Positions 17,980 through 26,717 of a stretch of 64,000 nucleotides of DNA are shown in pieces. The notes beneath the pieces are model-generated. The model saw nothing but the letters and a program-made list of their open reading frames with translations, was not told where the DNA came from and searched no databases. Source of the DNA: Elusimicrobiota bacterium (GTDB lineage: Bacteria; Elusimicrobiota; Elusimicrobia; UBA1565; JACRDR01). The stretch is taken from NCBI GenBank assembly GCA_041694815.1, contig JBGFSC010000021.1, forward strand, positions 18,498-82,497. Reading direction: 5' to 3'. Position numbers and translations under genes: made by a program. The first letter of the stretch is position 1. The number at the start of each line of letters is the position of its first letter.

Positions 17980-19328
17980 CGATACAGGCAAAACTCGCCT
18001 CCGTCCTAAGCGTCACGGTGGCGCTCTCCGTCGCCGCATGCTGCCTCGCCTTCGTGGAAATCCAGCGCGACGCCCTCCGTCGCTCGGAGACCGAGAAGGA
18101 GAATCTGCTGCTGGAAAGCGTGGGGAAAGTCGCCCAAGAATCCCTGGTGGCCTCTGACCCCTTGATGCTGATCTCCTATCTCACCTTCCTGCGCCGCGAG
18201 CGGCATGAGATCGTGGGCTGCCGGGTGCTCATCGATGGCGACTGGCAAGACATCCTGGCCCCGCGCCCCTCGGACCCCGTTTCGCCCTCCGACGGCAGGG
18301 GGCCGCGCCTCGTCGAAGCCGAACTCCCGGGAGCCAAACGCGCCGTGGAGCTCTCCCTCTCTTCGAGCCTGCTCGCGCGGCGGGAGCGCCTGGAGTTCGA
18401 GGCCATGCTGCGCCGGGTCGCCGCAGTCGGTGTCTCGGCCGTGCTCCTGGGGGCGTTACTGTCGGTCCCGCTAAGCCGGACCATGACCCGGCGCCTCGTC
18501 GCCGTCGAGCGCGCCTTGGGCGAGATCGGCGCCGAGAATTACGCGCAGGCCGTCGAGGTAACCGGCAACGACGAGATCGCCCGCCTCTCGCGCGGCGTCA
18601 ACGAGATGGCCCGAAAGCTCGGTGAGTTGGAGGAGATGAAAAAGCTGCTTGTCGCCTCCGTCAGCCACGAGCTCCGCTCGCCCCTGGGAGCCATCGAAAG
18701 CCAGGTGCGCCAAATGCTCTCCGAGAACGGGCATCTGGGCGAGGCGGCGCGCGCCCATCTGGATTCCATCCGGAAGCACGCCTCACGCCTAGAACATTTC
18801 GTCTCCTCGATGCTCGAGGTCGCCAAGATCGAACGGGGGCGGTTGGAATACTTCCCGCGAGTCTCCCACATCGGCCCCGTCGTCGAGGACGCCGCCCTCT
18901 TTTTCTCGCAGCGCGCCCGCGATGCCTCTCTCCGCCTGGAAGCGGACGTCGAGCCGGGCTTGCCGGCCTCCAAGTTCGACCCGGACCTCATCGGCCAGGC
19001 CCTCGCCAACCTTCTCTCGAACGCGATCAAGTTCACTCCGGCGGGGGGCCTCATCCGGCTCCGCGCGGGGCGGGCGGGGGATCGGATCATCCTCTCCGTC
19101 GAGGATACCGGGGTCGGGATTCCCGCCGAGGCGATGGGCCGTATCTTCGCCCCCTTCGAACGGGTCGCCAATCCCCTGCACGCCACTGGGACCGGACTCG
19201 GCTTGGCCATCACCAAGGCGATCGTGGAACGGCATAGGGGCCGCATCCGAGTCCAGTCGACGCCCGGCAAGGGCAGCGCCTTCTCCATCGAACTGCCGAT
19301 CTCGGAAACTAAGCCCGCCGCGTCTTAG
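17976..19328 (+). CDS. Membrane sensor histidine kinase (HAMP-HisKA-HATPase)
   Basis: Two TMs, HAMP (DEIARLSRGVNEM), H-box VSHELRSPL, N-box NLLSNAIKF, DTGVGI, GTGLGL. Confidence 0.93.
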   Translation: MTIQAKLASVLSVTVALSVAACCLAFVEIQRDALRRSETEKENLLLESVGKVAQESLVASDPLMLISYLTFLRRERHEIVGCRVLIDGDWQDILAPRPSDPVSPSDGRGPRLVEAELPGAKRAVELSLSSSLLARRERLEFEAMLRRVAAVGVSAVLLGALLSVPLSRTMTRRLVAVERALGEIGAENYAQAVEVTGNDEIARLSRGVNEMARKLGELEEMKKLLVASVSHELRSPLGAIESQVRQMLSENGHLGEAARAHLDSIRKHASRLEHFVSSMLEVAKIERGRLEYFPRVSHIGPVVEDAALFFSQRARDASLRLEADVEPGLPASKFDPDLIGQALANLLSNAIKFTPAGGLIRLRAGRAGDRIILSVEDTGVGIPAEAMGRIFAPFERVANPLHATGTGLGLAITKAIVERHRGRIRVQSTPGKGSAFSIELPISETKPAAS

Positions 19329-20010
19329 CCTCCGCCTCGCGTAACCGGTAGCCGATGCCTACGAGGGTCTCAAGCAGGCCCCCATAGGCCCCCATTTTGG
19401 TCCTCAGCGAATGGATATGGCGGTCGACGGCCCGCGCCCCTCGGGAACCGTCGCCGCGCCATAGGGCATGAATCAAATACCCGCGCGTGAGCACTCGTCT
19501 GGGATTGCGCATGAATTGAAGGAGGATGTCGAATTCCAAGCGGGTCAGCCTCCTTTCCTCGTCGTCGATGCGGCAGACACGGCTTTCCGGATAGACGGCA
19601 ATCCCGGCGCATCGCAAGCTTGTCTCCGGCGCCGCGAGGGCCTCGCGCGAAAGCAGGGAATGCAACCTGGCCACCAGCAGCCTAGGATCCGGCGGCTTGA
19701 AGAAGAATTCGTCCGCCCCCGCGTCGAAGACGGCCGCCACATCCTCCTCGGCGCGCGGCTTGCCCGATAGGGCGATGATGGGAAGGCGCCGCGTCTTAGG
19801 GCTGCCACGCAGGGCCCGCAGCATCTCGCGACCTTCCATCCCCGGCATATGCAGGTCCATGAGCAGCGCATCGAAGGAGGCGCGCAGTAGAGAATCCAAG
19901 AACCTGCCCAAGGTGGCGAACAGGAAGACTCGAAACCCCTGCTCGATCAAAAGGTGCTCGATGCCGCGCGCCGCCCGTAGGTCCGCATCCACGAGGGCCG
20001 CTCGCTTCAT
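19309..20010 (-). CDS. OmpR/PhoB-family response regulator
   Basis: Start ATG 20010 (ATGA overlap); receiver LLMDLHMP..FFKP; winged helix LTRLEFDIL..VDRHIHSLRTK..GIGYRL. Confidence 0.9.
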   Translation of the reverse strand: MKRAALVDADLRAARGIEHLLIEQGFRVFLFATLGRFLDSLLRASFDALLMDLHMPGMEGREMLRALRGSPKTRRLPIIALSGKPRAEEDVAAVFDAGADEFFFKPPDPRLLVARLHSLLSREALAAPETSLRCAGIAVYPESRVCRIDDEERRLTRLEFDILLQFMRNPRRVLTRGYLIHALWRGDGSRGARAVDRHIHSLRTKMGAYGGLLETLVGIGYRLREAEAKTRRA

Positions 20011-20369
20011 CCCAGCGCGGCGCGCACTCGTCGCAGAAGATCGTCTGGGTCGAACGGCTTGAGCACGTAGTCGACCGCCCCCCCTTCGACGGCGCGGGCC
20101 AAGGAGGAGGCCGCGGAACGCACGGTGCAAAAGAGCACCGGCGTCGCCCGAGCGCCCTTGGAGCGAAGCTGCTTGTATAATTCGAAACCCGTCATATCGG
20201 GAAGCACGACGTCGAGAAGGATCAAGTCGGGCTTGCCGCCCTCGAAGAGCTCCAAGGCCTTACGCCCGTTGGCCGCGGCGGCGACCTCGTAGCCGGCCTC
20301 TTGCAGCACTCGGCCAAGCAGAAGCCGATATTCCGCCTCATCCTCGGCGACGAGTATCTTTTTCGGCAC
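20007..20369 (-). CDS. Single-domain response regulator (receiver only)
   Basis: GTG 20369 start; ILVAEDE..LLDVVLPD..YVLKPF. Confidence 0.9.
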   Translation of the reverse strand: MPKKILVAEDEAEYRLLLGRVLQEAGYEVAAAANGRKALELFEGGKPDLILLDVVLPDMTGFELYKQLRSKGARATPVLFCTVRSAASSLARAVEGGAVDYVLKPFDPDDLLRRVRAALG

Positions 20370-20375
20370 GGGGCT

Positions 20376-20404
20376 AGGATAACCCGGCCTCCTGGCCTTG
20401 TCAA
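20376..20404 (-). promoter_or_regulatory. sigma70-type promoter (leaderless) for receiver gene
   Basis: TTGACA-17 bp-TATCCT; GTG start 6 nt after the -10. Confidence 0.7.
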
Positions 20405-20421
20405 GCAACCCCGGCCGAGGC

Positions 20422-20459
20422 TTGACTTATTCATATTCATATAGCATAATATGCATATG
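20422..20459 (+). promoter_or_regulatory. vapBC promoter with overlapping CATA(T) repeat operator
   Basis: TTGACT-17 bp-CATAAT; repeated CATAT/ATATG units across spacer and start; ATG 20457 is 6 nt after the -10. Confidence 0.65.
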
Positions 20460-20693
20460 CCCAGAACCACGGTAGTCGCGGAAAATGCCCTATTGTTTCA
20501 GGCACGCTCCTTGGCGCGTCGCCGACGGGTATCCCTGTCCGAAATCGTGCGTTGCGCGCTCGCGGAGTACGTCGCGCGCGCGGAGTCCAAGGAGGGAAAA
20601 CCCTCTTTCATCGGCATAGCCGCCAGCGGGGGTAAACGCAATCTTTCGGAGCGAGCGGAGGAATTGCTTTTCGAGGAAAAAAGAAAAGGCTGA
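20457..20693 (+). CDS. vapB: Ribbon-helix-helix antitoxin (VapB/CopG-like)
   Basis: MPRTTV..ARRRRVSLSEIVRCALAEY..SFIGIA; TGATG overlap with the PIN gene. Confidence 0.8.
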   Translation: MPRTTVVAENALLFQARSLARRRRVSLSEIVRCALAEYVARAESKEGKPSFIGIAASGGKRNLSERAEELLFEEKRKG

Positions 20694-21103
20694 TGACGAT
20701 CACTTTGCTCGACACCGGGGTGCTGATAGCGATGCTCGACCGCGACGACCGCCACCACGCCCAGGCACGGGCGATATTTGATGCCGGCAAAGGCCCCCTG
20801 ATCGTCCCCTTGGTCGTAGTTCCGGAAGTCTGCTATCTTTCCCACAAATACTTGGGACCCAACGCGGAACAGGCGTTCCTTTCAAGCCTGGCGGACGAGG
20901 AGTTGGCCATTGACTGGGGGGTACCGGCCGATCTGCGCCGCGCCGTGGAATTGCTTCGTGAGCGTCCCGAATTAGGCTTCGTGGACACGATGATCGTCTC
21001 GGTGGCTGAACGCCTCAAGGTGCGCCGGATCGCCACCTTAGACCGGCGTCACTTCGCGACTTTAAGGCCACGGCATTGCACGGCGTTCGAATTAGTGCCT
21101 TAG
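20693..21103 (+). CDS. vapC: PIN-domain toxin VapC
   Basis: LLDTGVLIA..PEVCY..GFVD..IATLDRRHF acidic PIN active-site pattern. Confidence 0.9.
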   Translation: MTITLLDTGVLIAMLDRDDRHHAQARAIFDAGKGPLIVPLVVVPEVCYLSHKYLGPNAEQAFLSSLADEELAIDWGVPADLRRAVELLRERPELGFVDTMIVSVAERLKVRRIATLDRRHFATLRPRHCTAFELVP

Positions 21104-21105
21104 CG

Positions 21106-21807
21106 CTAACGACTGCTGGCGTCGAAGCGGTACCCTAGTCCGGGCACGCTGACGATCCTGCGGCCGAGTCGGGGACCGAGCTTTCGCCGGAGCGAGGAGA
21201 CATGGGTTTCGATGGTATGGGGGTCGTTGTATTCCGCCGTATCGTAGCCCCAGATGGTCTCGAGCAGGAACTCGGGATTGAGCACCCGGCCGGGCTTGCG
21301 CAGGAAGGTGCTCAAGAGATCGAACTCCTTGCGAGTCAGCGCGATGCGCTCCTTCTTGAGTGCCGCCGTCCGTGCCGCGCAGTCGAGCACTAGTCCCTGG
21401 AATTTGAGCAGCTCCCCCGGCTCCCCGTTCGATTGCGAGCGCTTGAGCAGCGAGCGGATTTTAGCCAACAGCAGTCGGGGGGTGAACGGCTTGAGCAGAT
21501 AATCGTCGGCACCCTGCTCGATGCCCACGGCCTGCTCCTCGAGTCCTTTTTGAACCCCGGACATCAGGATAAGCGGGATGGCCGCGGTAACGCGGTCGCC
21601 CTTGACCGCCTTGCAGAGGCCGAGCCCACCCATGCCGGGCATGAAGACGTCGGAGAGAATCAAATGAGGGCGAGCGTCGCGGGCGGCGACCATGGCCTCA
21701 GCGGCGCGGTCCGCCACGGTGACGGAGAAGCCCTCTTTTTCAAGCAATCCCTTGAGGAAATTAAGATTGTCGCGATCGTCGTCGACGACAAGCAGGCGGG
21801 GCCTCAT
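21106..21807 (-). CDS. OmpR/PhoB-family response regulator
   Basis: LLVVDDD..LSDVFMP..DYLLKPF; LTRKEFDLL..IETHVSSLRRKL..GLGYRF. Confidence 0.93.
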   Translation of the reverse strand: MRPRLLVVDDDRDNLNFLKGLLEKEGFSVTVADRAAEAMVAARDARPHLILSDVFMPGMGGLGLCKAVKGDRVTAAIPLILMSGVQKGLEEQAVGIEQGADDYLLKPFTPRLLLAKIRSLLKRSQSNGEPGELLKFQGLVLDCAARTAALKKERIALTRKEFDLLSTFLRKPGRVLNPEFLLETIWGYDTAEYNDPHTIETHVSSLRRKLGPRLGRRIVSVPGLGYRFDASSR

Positions 21808-22001
21808 CGCAGGGATCGGACCAGTTTCTTGCAGCGGTTGGCGGCCCGCTCGATCGCCCGTAGATACGTCGCGGCCGGATGTCCGTCTGGCAGGCTCTCC
21901 AAGGCCACGTGGCAGCAGCCGAGGATAATGGTCAGCGGATTATTGAGCTCGTGCGCCAGCGCCAGCGGCTGCGCGGCCTTCCCGTTGGAAAGCTTGGTCA
22001 A
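21804..22001 (-). CDS. Stand-alone HisKA (DHp) microprotein, 65 aa
   Basis: LAHELNNPLTIILG H-box plus second helix; AGGAGG SD before TTG; ATGA overlap with the downstream regulator. Confidence 0.75.
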   Translation of the reverse strand: MTKLSNGKAAQPLALAHELNNPLTIILGCCHVALESLPDGHPAATYLRAIERAANRCKKLVRSLR

Positions 22002-22051
22002 CAGGGCCTCCTACCGACTAACAGTTAACTATACGGGCCTACGGGAGGCAA

Positions 22052-22078
22052 GCAAAGTTCTGGTAAACTTATCGTAAC
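22052..22078. promoter_or_regulatory. 11-bp-period direct repeats, candidate OmpR/PhoB-family binding site
   Basis: GCAAA-n6-GTAAA-n6-GTAAC upstream of the HisKA/regulator operon, overlapping a putative -35 (minus-strand -10 TATAGT at 22028-22033). Confidence 0.45.
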
Positions 22079-23898
22079 TTTTGAAGCAGCGCCGAAGCGT
22101 CCTTTAAATGATCGCCCGCCTCGGCCGGATCGTCGGGACGGGAAACGGCGAAAAGCCTTTCGAGCAGCGCCTTGGCCTTCTCCCGCTCGCCCATAGCCAT
22201 ATAGAATTCCGCCAAGGGCGGATAGGCCGCCGTGTGCGTCGGCCGCAGCTCGATGCTTTTCTCCAGGTGCTTGATCGCCTCCCGCTTGGATCCTCCGGCC
22301 ATGCGGGGCAATTGCCATAGCATTTCTCCCAGCACGTGGTAGGCCGGAGCGTAGGCGGGATCGAGGGCGATGGCCTGGCGCAGCTCGCGGCGGATTGGAT
22401 CCACTAGGAAAAGGGACTTGAAAAGTCCTTGAACCTCCCCGCGGCGACCGTACGCGATGGCCAGCCAGCAATGCGCCGGGGCGCTCTTAGGATCCAAAAG
22501 CACGGACTGCTCGAGCGCGCGCTCGGCCTCGCGGATCGCACTCAACTTCATTTCCTTAGACGGCTCACCCTCCGATCGGCGCAACAGGCATCTTCCGAGC
22601 CGCCAGAGCGCCTCCGGATCCGCTTCGTCCTGCTTGAGCGACGCCCGCAACAGGACCTCAGCCTCCCGGAGCCGGCCAGGCCGGTTCCGCTCGAAGTAGA
22701 GCTTGTCAGCACGCGTGATCATCTCCGTGCTCGAGGGCTGCGCCGCGCCGGGAAAGGGGAGAAGGGCGGCCAGGAGGGCGGCTAGCGACGAGGCTGCGGT
22801 CCGAGCGGCCCTGCGCAACCGGCCCCGGGCTTGGGCCATGGCGGCCTCTGGGCGGCCGTCCGCCGACAGGTTGAAGACGGCCGCGCCGTAATCCCGCTCT
22901 AAGCGTCGCGCGGCCCTAGGCTCGGCGCTCCCGCAGATGAAGCCTACGGGAATGCACCGATTCCGCGCCCGAGCGGCCAGAGCGACCGGGGCCTTCCCGA
23001 AAAAACTCTGCCGGTCGAGCCGGCCCTCGCCCGTGAGCACCAGGTCGGAGGCCGCGATCCTACGCGCGGCGCCCAGCCGGCGCAGGACCCAGGGCGCCCC
23101 GTCTAGAAGCGGGGCGCCGCAGAACGCGGCGAGGCCGGCCCCGGCCCCCCCCGCCGCCCCCGCCCCGGGCATGCGCCTCACGTCAACGCCGAGATCGCGA
23201 CGCAGCACCCTCGCATAGCGCGAAAGCGCCTTCTCGAGCACGGCCACCTCGCGGGGGCCGGCGCCCTTTTGGGGCCCGTAGACGCGGGCGGAGCCGTCGG
23301 GTCCCGTCAACGGGTTGCGCACGTCCGAGATCCCGATTACGCGCACGCCACGCAGGAAGGACCTGAGTCTCGACGCGTCGACCCGATCCAATCGGAGAAG
23401 CGCCGCGGCGCCCGCCGGCAGCCTGCGGCCGCCCTCGCCCAAAAGCTCCGCGCCGAGCGCCGCCGCCAGGCCGGCCCCGCCGTCGCTGGAGGCGGAGCCG
23501 CCCAACCCGAGCACGACGCGCCTGGCCCCGCGGCGGAGAGCGTCGGCGATCAGCTCCCCTGTCCCCCAGGAGCTCGCGCCCAAGGGATCCAGGAGATCCT
23601 TGGGCAAGCCCGCTATTCCCGAGGCCTGCGCCATTTCGACGACGGCGGTAGCACGTCCGATCATCGCGTAGCACGCCCGCCTCCGCTCACCAAGGGGGCC
23701 TTGGACCATCCTATAGATCCGCCGTCCCCCGAAACGGCGCAGCAGCACCTCCATGAGACCGTCGCCCCCATCGGAAATAGGCATAAGGTCGATGGTGGCC
23801 CGGGGCCTGGCGCGGCGAACGCCGGCCGCCATGGCGCGCGCGGCGGCGAAGGCGCTCAGGCAGCCCTTAAACGCGTTGGGCGCGATCAGTACTCTCAT
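22069..23898 (-). CDS. Glycerate kinase fused to a C-terminal hydrophobic segment and TPR domain
   Basis: Start ATG 23898 MRVLIAPNAFKGCL; DGGDG, GLGGSASSDGG, YGPQKGA, GAAGG, TGEGRLD..GK motifs; then LAALLAALLPFPGAA and a TPR region, with no stop between. Confidence 0.8.
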   Translation of the reverse strand: MRVLIAPNAFKGCLSAFAAARAMAAGVRRARPRATIDLMPISDGGDGLMEVLLRRFGGRRIYRMVQGPLGERRRACYAMIGRATAVVEMAQASGIAGLPKDLLDPLGASSWGTGELIADALRRGARRVVLGLGGSASSDGGAGLAAALGAELLGEGGRRLPAGAAALLRLDRVDASRLRSFLRGVRVIGISDVRNPLTGPDGSARVYGPQKGAGPREVAVLEKALSRYARVLRRDLGVDVRRMPGAGAAGGAGAGLAAFCGAPLLDGAPWVLRRLGAARRIAASDLVLTGEGRLDRQSFFGKAPVALAARARNRCIPVGFICGSAEPRAARRLERDYGAAVFNLSADGRPEAAMAQARGRLRRAARTAASSLAALLAALLPFPGAAQPSSTEMITRADKLYFERNRPGRLREAEVLLRASLKQDEADPEALWRLGRCLLRRSEGEPSKEMKLSAIREAERALEQSVLLDPKSAPAHCWLAIAYGRRGEVQGLFKSLFLVDPIRRELRQAIALDPAYAPAYHVLGEMLWQLPRMAGGSKREAIKHLEKSIELRPTHTAAYPPLAEFYMAMGEREKAKALLERLFAVSRPDDPAEAGDHLKDASALLQKLR

Positions 23899-24871
23899 CC
23901 CGGACGTTGGGATTGACAGAATTGGAAGGCAGCGCGCCGCGGACCAGGAAATCCACCAAACTCGACGCGGCGAGATTGCCCATGGCGGTTCGAGTCTCCA
24001 CCGTGGCGCTGGCCAGATGCGGCGCGAGCACGACATTGGGCAATTGCAATAGGCCCGGAGCGGTCTTAGGCTCGTCCTCGTAGACGTCTAAGGCGGCGCT
24101 GCGGATCCAGCCGGAGCGCAAGGCCTTCACCAGGGCCTTCTCGTCGACGATCGGGCCTCGGGCCGAGTTGACCAGGCAGGCACTCGGCTTCATCCGCCGC
24201 AACCTCGACTCGTCGATGAGATGCCGGGTCGAGGGGTCCAAGACGGTATGGATCGAGACGAAATCGGCCTTCTCCAACAGCTCCTCCAGCCCGACCTTCG
24301 AGGCCCCGAGCTTGCCTTCAACCTCCGGGCTGGCGCGTTGAGTGTCGTGATAGAGCACGCGCATGGAAAAACCCAGGGCGCGCCGAGCCACGGCCTGCCC
24401 GATCCTGCCGAAGCCGATTAGCCCCAAGGTCTTGCCGTGCACGTCGCCACCCAGAAGCATCAGGGGATCCCAGGCTTTATAGCGGCCGGCGCGCATCATC
24501 CTCTCCCCCTCGGGGATGCGGCGGGCCGCCGCCAAGAGCAGGGCCCAGGCGAAATCCGCGCAGGTCTCGGTCAGCACACCCGGAGTATGCGTCACCAGCA
24601 CCCTGCGCCGAGTCGCCTCGGCCACGTCGATATGGTCGAGCCCTACGGAGAACGTCGCGACGATCCTAAGTTCCGGCGCGGCGTCTAAGAGCCCCGCGTC
24701 GATCTTTTCCGTCAGAAGGCAAAGCAAGCCTTGCGCCCCACGAACGCGCCTGAGGAGTTCGCGCCGGGGGATGGGCACGGAACGACCATAATAATCGATG
24801 TCGAAATGGGGCCTGAGCATGCTCAACGACGGCTCGGGGATGTTGCGGGTGACGAGGATGCGGGGTTTTAT
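23867..24871 (-). CDS. D-2-hydroxyacid dehydrogenase (glyoxylate reductase/D-glycerate dehydrogenase)
   Basis: GFGRIG NAD(P) motif, NSARG, LDVYEDEP, PHLAS. Conserved N-terminus KPRILVTRNIP extends upstream of the annotated TTG 24826, so the start is uncertain. Confidence 0.88.
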   Translation of the reverse strand: MKPRILVTRNIPEPSLSMLRPHFDIDYYGRSVPIPRRELLRRVRGAQGLLCLLTEKIDAGLLDAAPELRIVATFSVGLDHIDVAEATRRRVLVTHTPGVLTETCADFAWALLLAAARRIPEGERMMRAGRYKAWDPLMLLGGDVHGKTLGLIGFGRIGQAVARRALGFSMRVLYHDTQRASPEVEGKLGASKVGLEELLEKADFVSIHTVLDPSTRHLIDESRLRRMKPSACLVNSARGPIVDEKALVKALRSGWIRSAALDVYEDEPKTAPGLLQLPNVVLAPHLASATVETRTAMGNLAASSLVDFLVRGALPSNSVNPNVRDESTDRAQRV

Positions 24872-24883
24872 AATCCCCCCGTC

Positions 24884-26188
24884 TTAAGGAAAAACGCCGC
24901 GGATGCGCACCGCCTGTGCCAAGCGCCTGAGCCCCAGCATGAAGGCCGCCAGGCGCAGGTCCACCTTCTCCTTCTCGTGGATCTCGTAGACCTCCCGGAA
25001 GCTCTTGACGATGATGTCCTGGAGCTTCGCGTTGACGGCCTTCTCATCCCAGAAGAACGCCTGGATGTCCTGCACCCACTCGAAATAGCTGACCGTGACT
25101 CCCCCGGCGTTGGCCAGGATATCGGGCACCACGGTGATACCCCGCTGGTTGAGGATGCGGTCGGCCGCCGTCGAGGTTGGCCCGTTGGCGCCCTCGACGA
25201 TGTACTTGGCCTGGACGCGCGGGGCGTTGACGTGCGTGATCTGGTTCTCCATCGCGGCCGGGATAAGAAGCTCGCACGGCACCTCGAGGAACCGCTCGGT
25301 AGGGATTTTTTGAGCCTTGGGAAATTTCGCGATCGATTCGTGCCGCGCGCGGTATTCGATCAGGGCATCGATGTCTATGCCCTCCGGGTTGTAGAGTCCC
25401 CCCATCACGTCGCTGACGCCCACCACCTTGCAGCCGTGCTGGGCGAAAATCTTGGCGGCATTCATGCCCACGTTGCCGAAGCCCTGGATGGCGACCGGAG
25501 CGTTGCGCAGGTCAAACTGCTTCATCGCGGCCAATTCCCGGGACACGTAGAAAACCCCGCGCCCCGTCGCCTCCCGCCGCCCCAAGGAACCGCCAACCTC
25601 CAGGGGCTTGCCCGTTACGACTCCGGGGGCGGAGTAGCCGATGGTCATGGAGTAGGTGTCCATGATCCAGCCCATGATCTGCTCGTTGGTATTAACATCG
25701 GGGGCAGGGATATCCTTGTCGGGACCGATGATGATGGAAATCTCCGCCGTATAGCGCCTCGTCAAGCGCTCGATCTCTCCCCGAGACATTTCCTTGGGGT
25801 TGCAGATCACACCGCCCTTGGCGCCCCCATAGGGAAGGTTCACCACGGCGCATTTCATGGTCATCCAGAAGGCGAGCGCCTTGACCTCGTCCATCGAAAC
25901 CTGAGGGTGGAAGCGTATGCCGCCCTTCGCCGGGCCCCGGTCCAAATTGTGCTGGACGCGGTAGCCTTCGAATATCCTTACATGGCCGTCGTCCATTTTC
26001 ACCGGCACCGAAACGGTCAGGATGCGCTTGGGATGGCGCAACCGCTCGGCAATGTAATCCTCGAGATTCATTTTCCGCGCGGCGCGGTCGAGCTGCTCCA
26101 TCGCCTGGCTCCATGGATTGGCCTCTTGGGCGCTCAGTGCGCCATTGAGGTTCTCCTTGGCGGCCTTTCCAGAAACTTTTACGGCCAT
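24884..26188 (-). CDS. gdhA: Glutamate dehydrogenase (Glu/Leu/Phe/Val family)
   Basis: GPAKGGIRF, PYGGAKGG, DIPAPDV, ATGRG, QGFGNVG, EGANGP, NAGGVTVSYFEW. Confidence 0.95.
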   Translation of the reverse strand: MAVKVSGKAAKENLNGALSAQEANPWSQAMEQLDRAARKMNLEDYIAERLRHPKRILTVSVPVKMDDGHVRIFEGYRVQHNLDRGPAKGGIRFHPQVSMDEVKALAFWMTMKCAVVNLPYGGAKGGVICNPKEMSRGEIERLTRRYTAEISIIIGPDKDIPAPDVNTNEQIMGWIMDTYSMTIGYSAPGVVTGKPLEVGGSLGRREATGRGVFYVSRELAAMKQFDLRNAPVAIQGFGNVGMNAAKIFAQHGCKVVGVSDVMGGLYNPEGIDIDALIEYRARHESIAKFPKAQKIPTERFLEVPCELLIPAAMENQITHVNAPRVQAKYIVEGANGPTSTAADRILNQRGITVVPDILANAGGVTVSYFEWVQDIQAFFWDEKAVNAKLQDIIVKSFREVYEIHEKEKVDLRLAAFMLGLRRLAQAVRIRGVFP

Positions 26189-26194
26189 AGTACG

Positions 26195-26605
26195 TTACCT
26201 CCCCAATCGGCTCAGATGCTGTCGCATCAGGCAATCGTCCATCACGACCCGCAGCCCCGCCTGGCGGGCCATGGCCGCCGCCTCGGGGACGCTGATGCCG
26301 TCCTGCATCCAAATGGCTTTGGCCTTGATCTCGACGGCCTCGCGAGTCAGCTCGAGCACTTCCTCCGGACGGCGGAAGATATCGACGACGTCGACGCTTT
26401 CCTGCACGTCGGAGAGCCGGCCGTAGCACTTCTCGCCCAGGATTTCTCCATGCAACGGATTGACCGGGATGACGCGGTAGCCGGCGTCCATCAAATAGGA
26501 AGCCACCTGGTAGGAGGGCCTCTCCCGTTTAGGCGAGCAGCCGACCACGGCCACGCTCTGCATTTTCAAGATGGCCTCGATATCCTCGTTGGAATTGGGC
26601 GCCAT
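26195..26605 (-). CDS. CoA-binding protein (YccU-like)
   Basis: VAVVGCSPKRERPS..VIPVNP..VDIFR..IWMQDG..VMDDC. Confidence 0.9.
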   Translation of the reverse strand: MAPNSNEDIEAILKMQSVAVVGCSPKRERPSYQVASYLMDAGYRVIPVNPLHGEILGEKCYGRLSDVQESVDVVDIFRRPEEVLELTREAVEIKAKAIWMQDGISVPEAAAMARQAGLRVVMDDCLMRQHLSRLGR

Positions 26606-26630
26606 CGGGGCCATGATAGCAGTTTTAGGC

Positions 26631-26683
26631 TTTTACGCGCCTTGGGCGCGTGGCTTCGTCGCGCTTTGCGCGACGAAGCTCGA
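26631..26683. repeat. Intergenic double-hairpin repeat, copy B
   Basis: TTTT-ACGCGCC ttg GGCGCGT-g-GCTTCGTCGCGC ttt GCGCGACGAAGC-TCGA, with compensatory changes relative to copy A. Confidence 0.8.
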
Positions 26684-26717
26684 AAACTGCCACTCCCAAA
26701 TTTTATATTTTAGAAGC

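Noticed and set aside
24731..26713. 660-aa plus-strand ORF
   Set aside because: Antisense shadow of gdhA and the CoA-binding gene; long antisense frames are expected from GC-rich codon bias.
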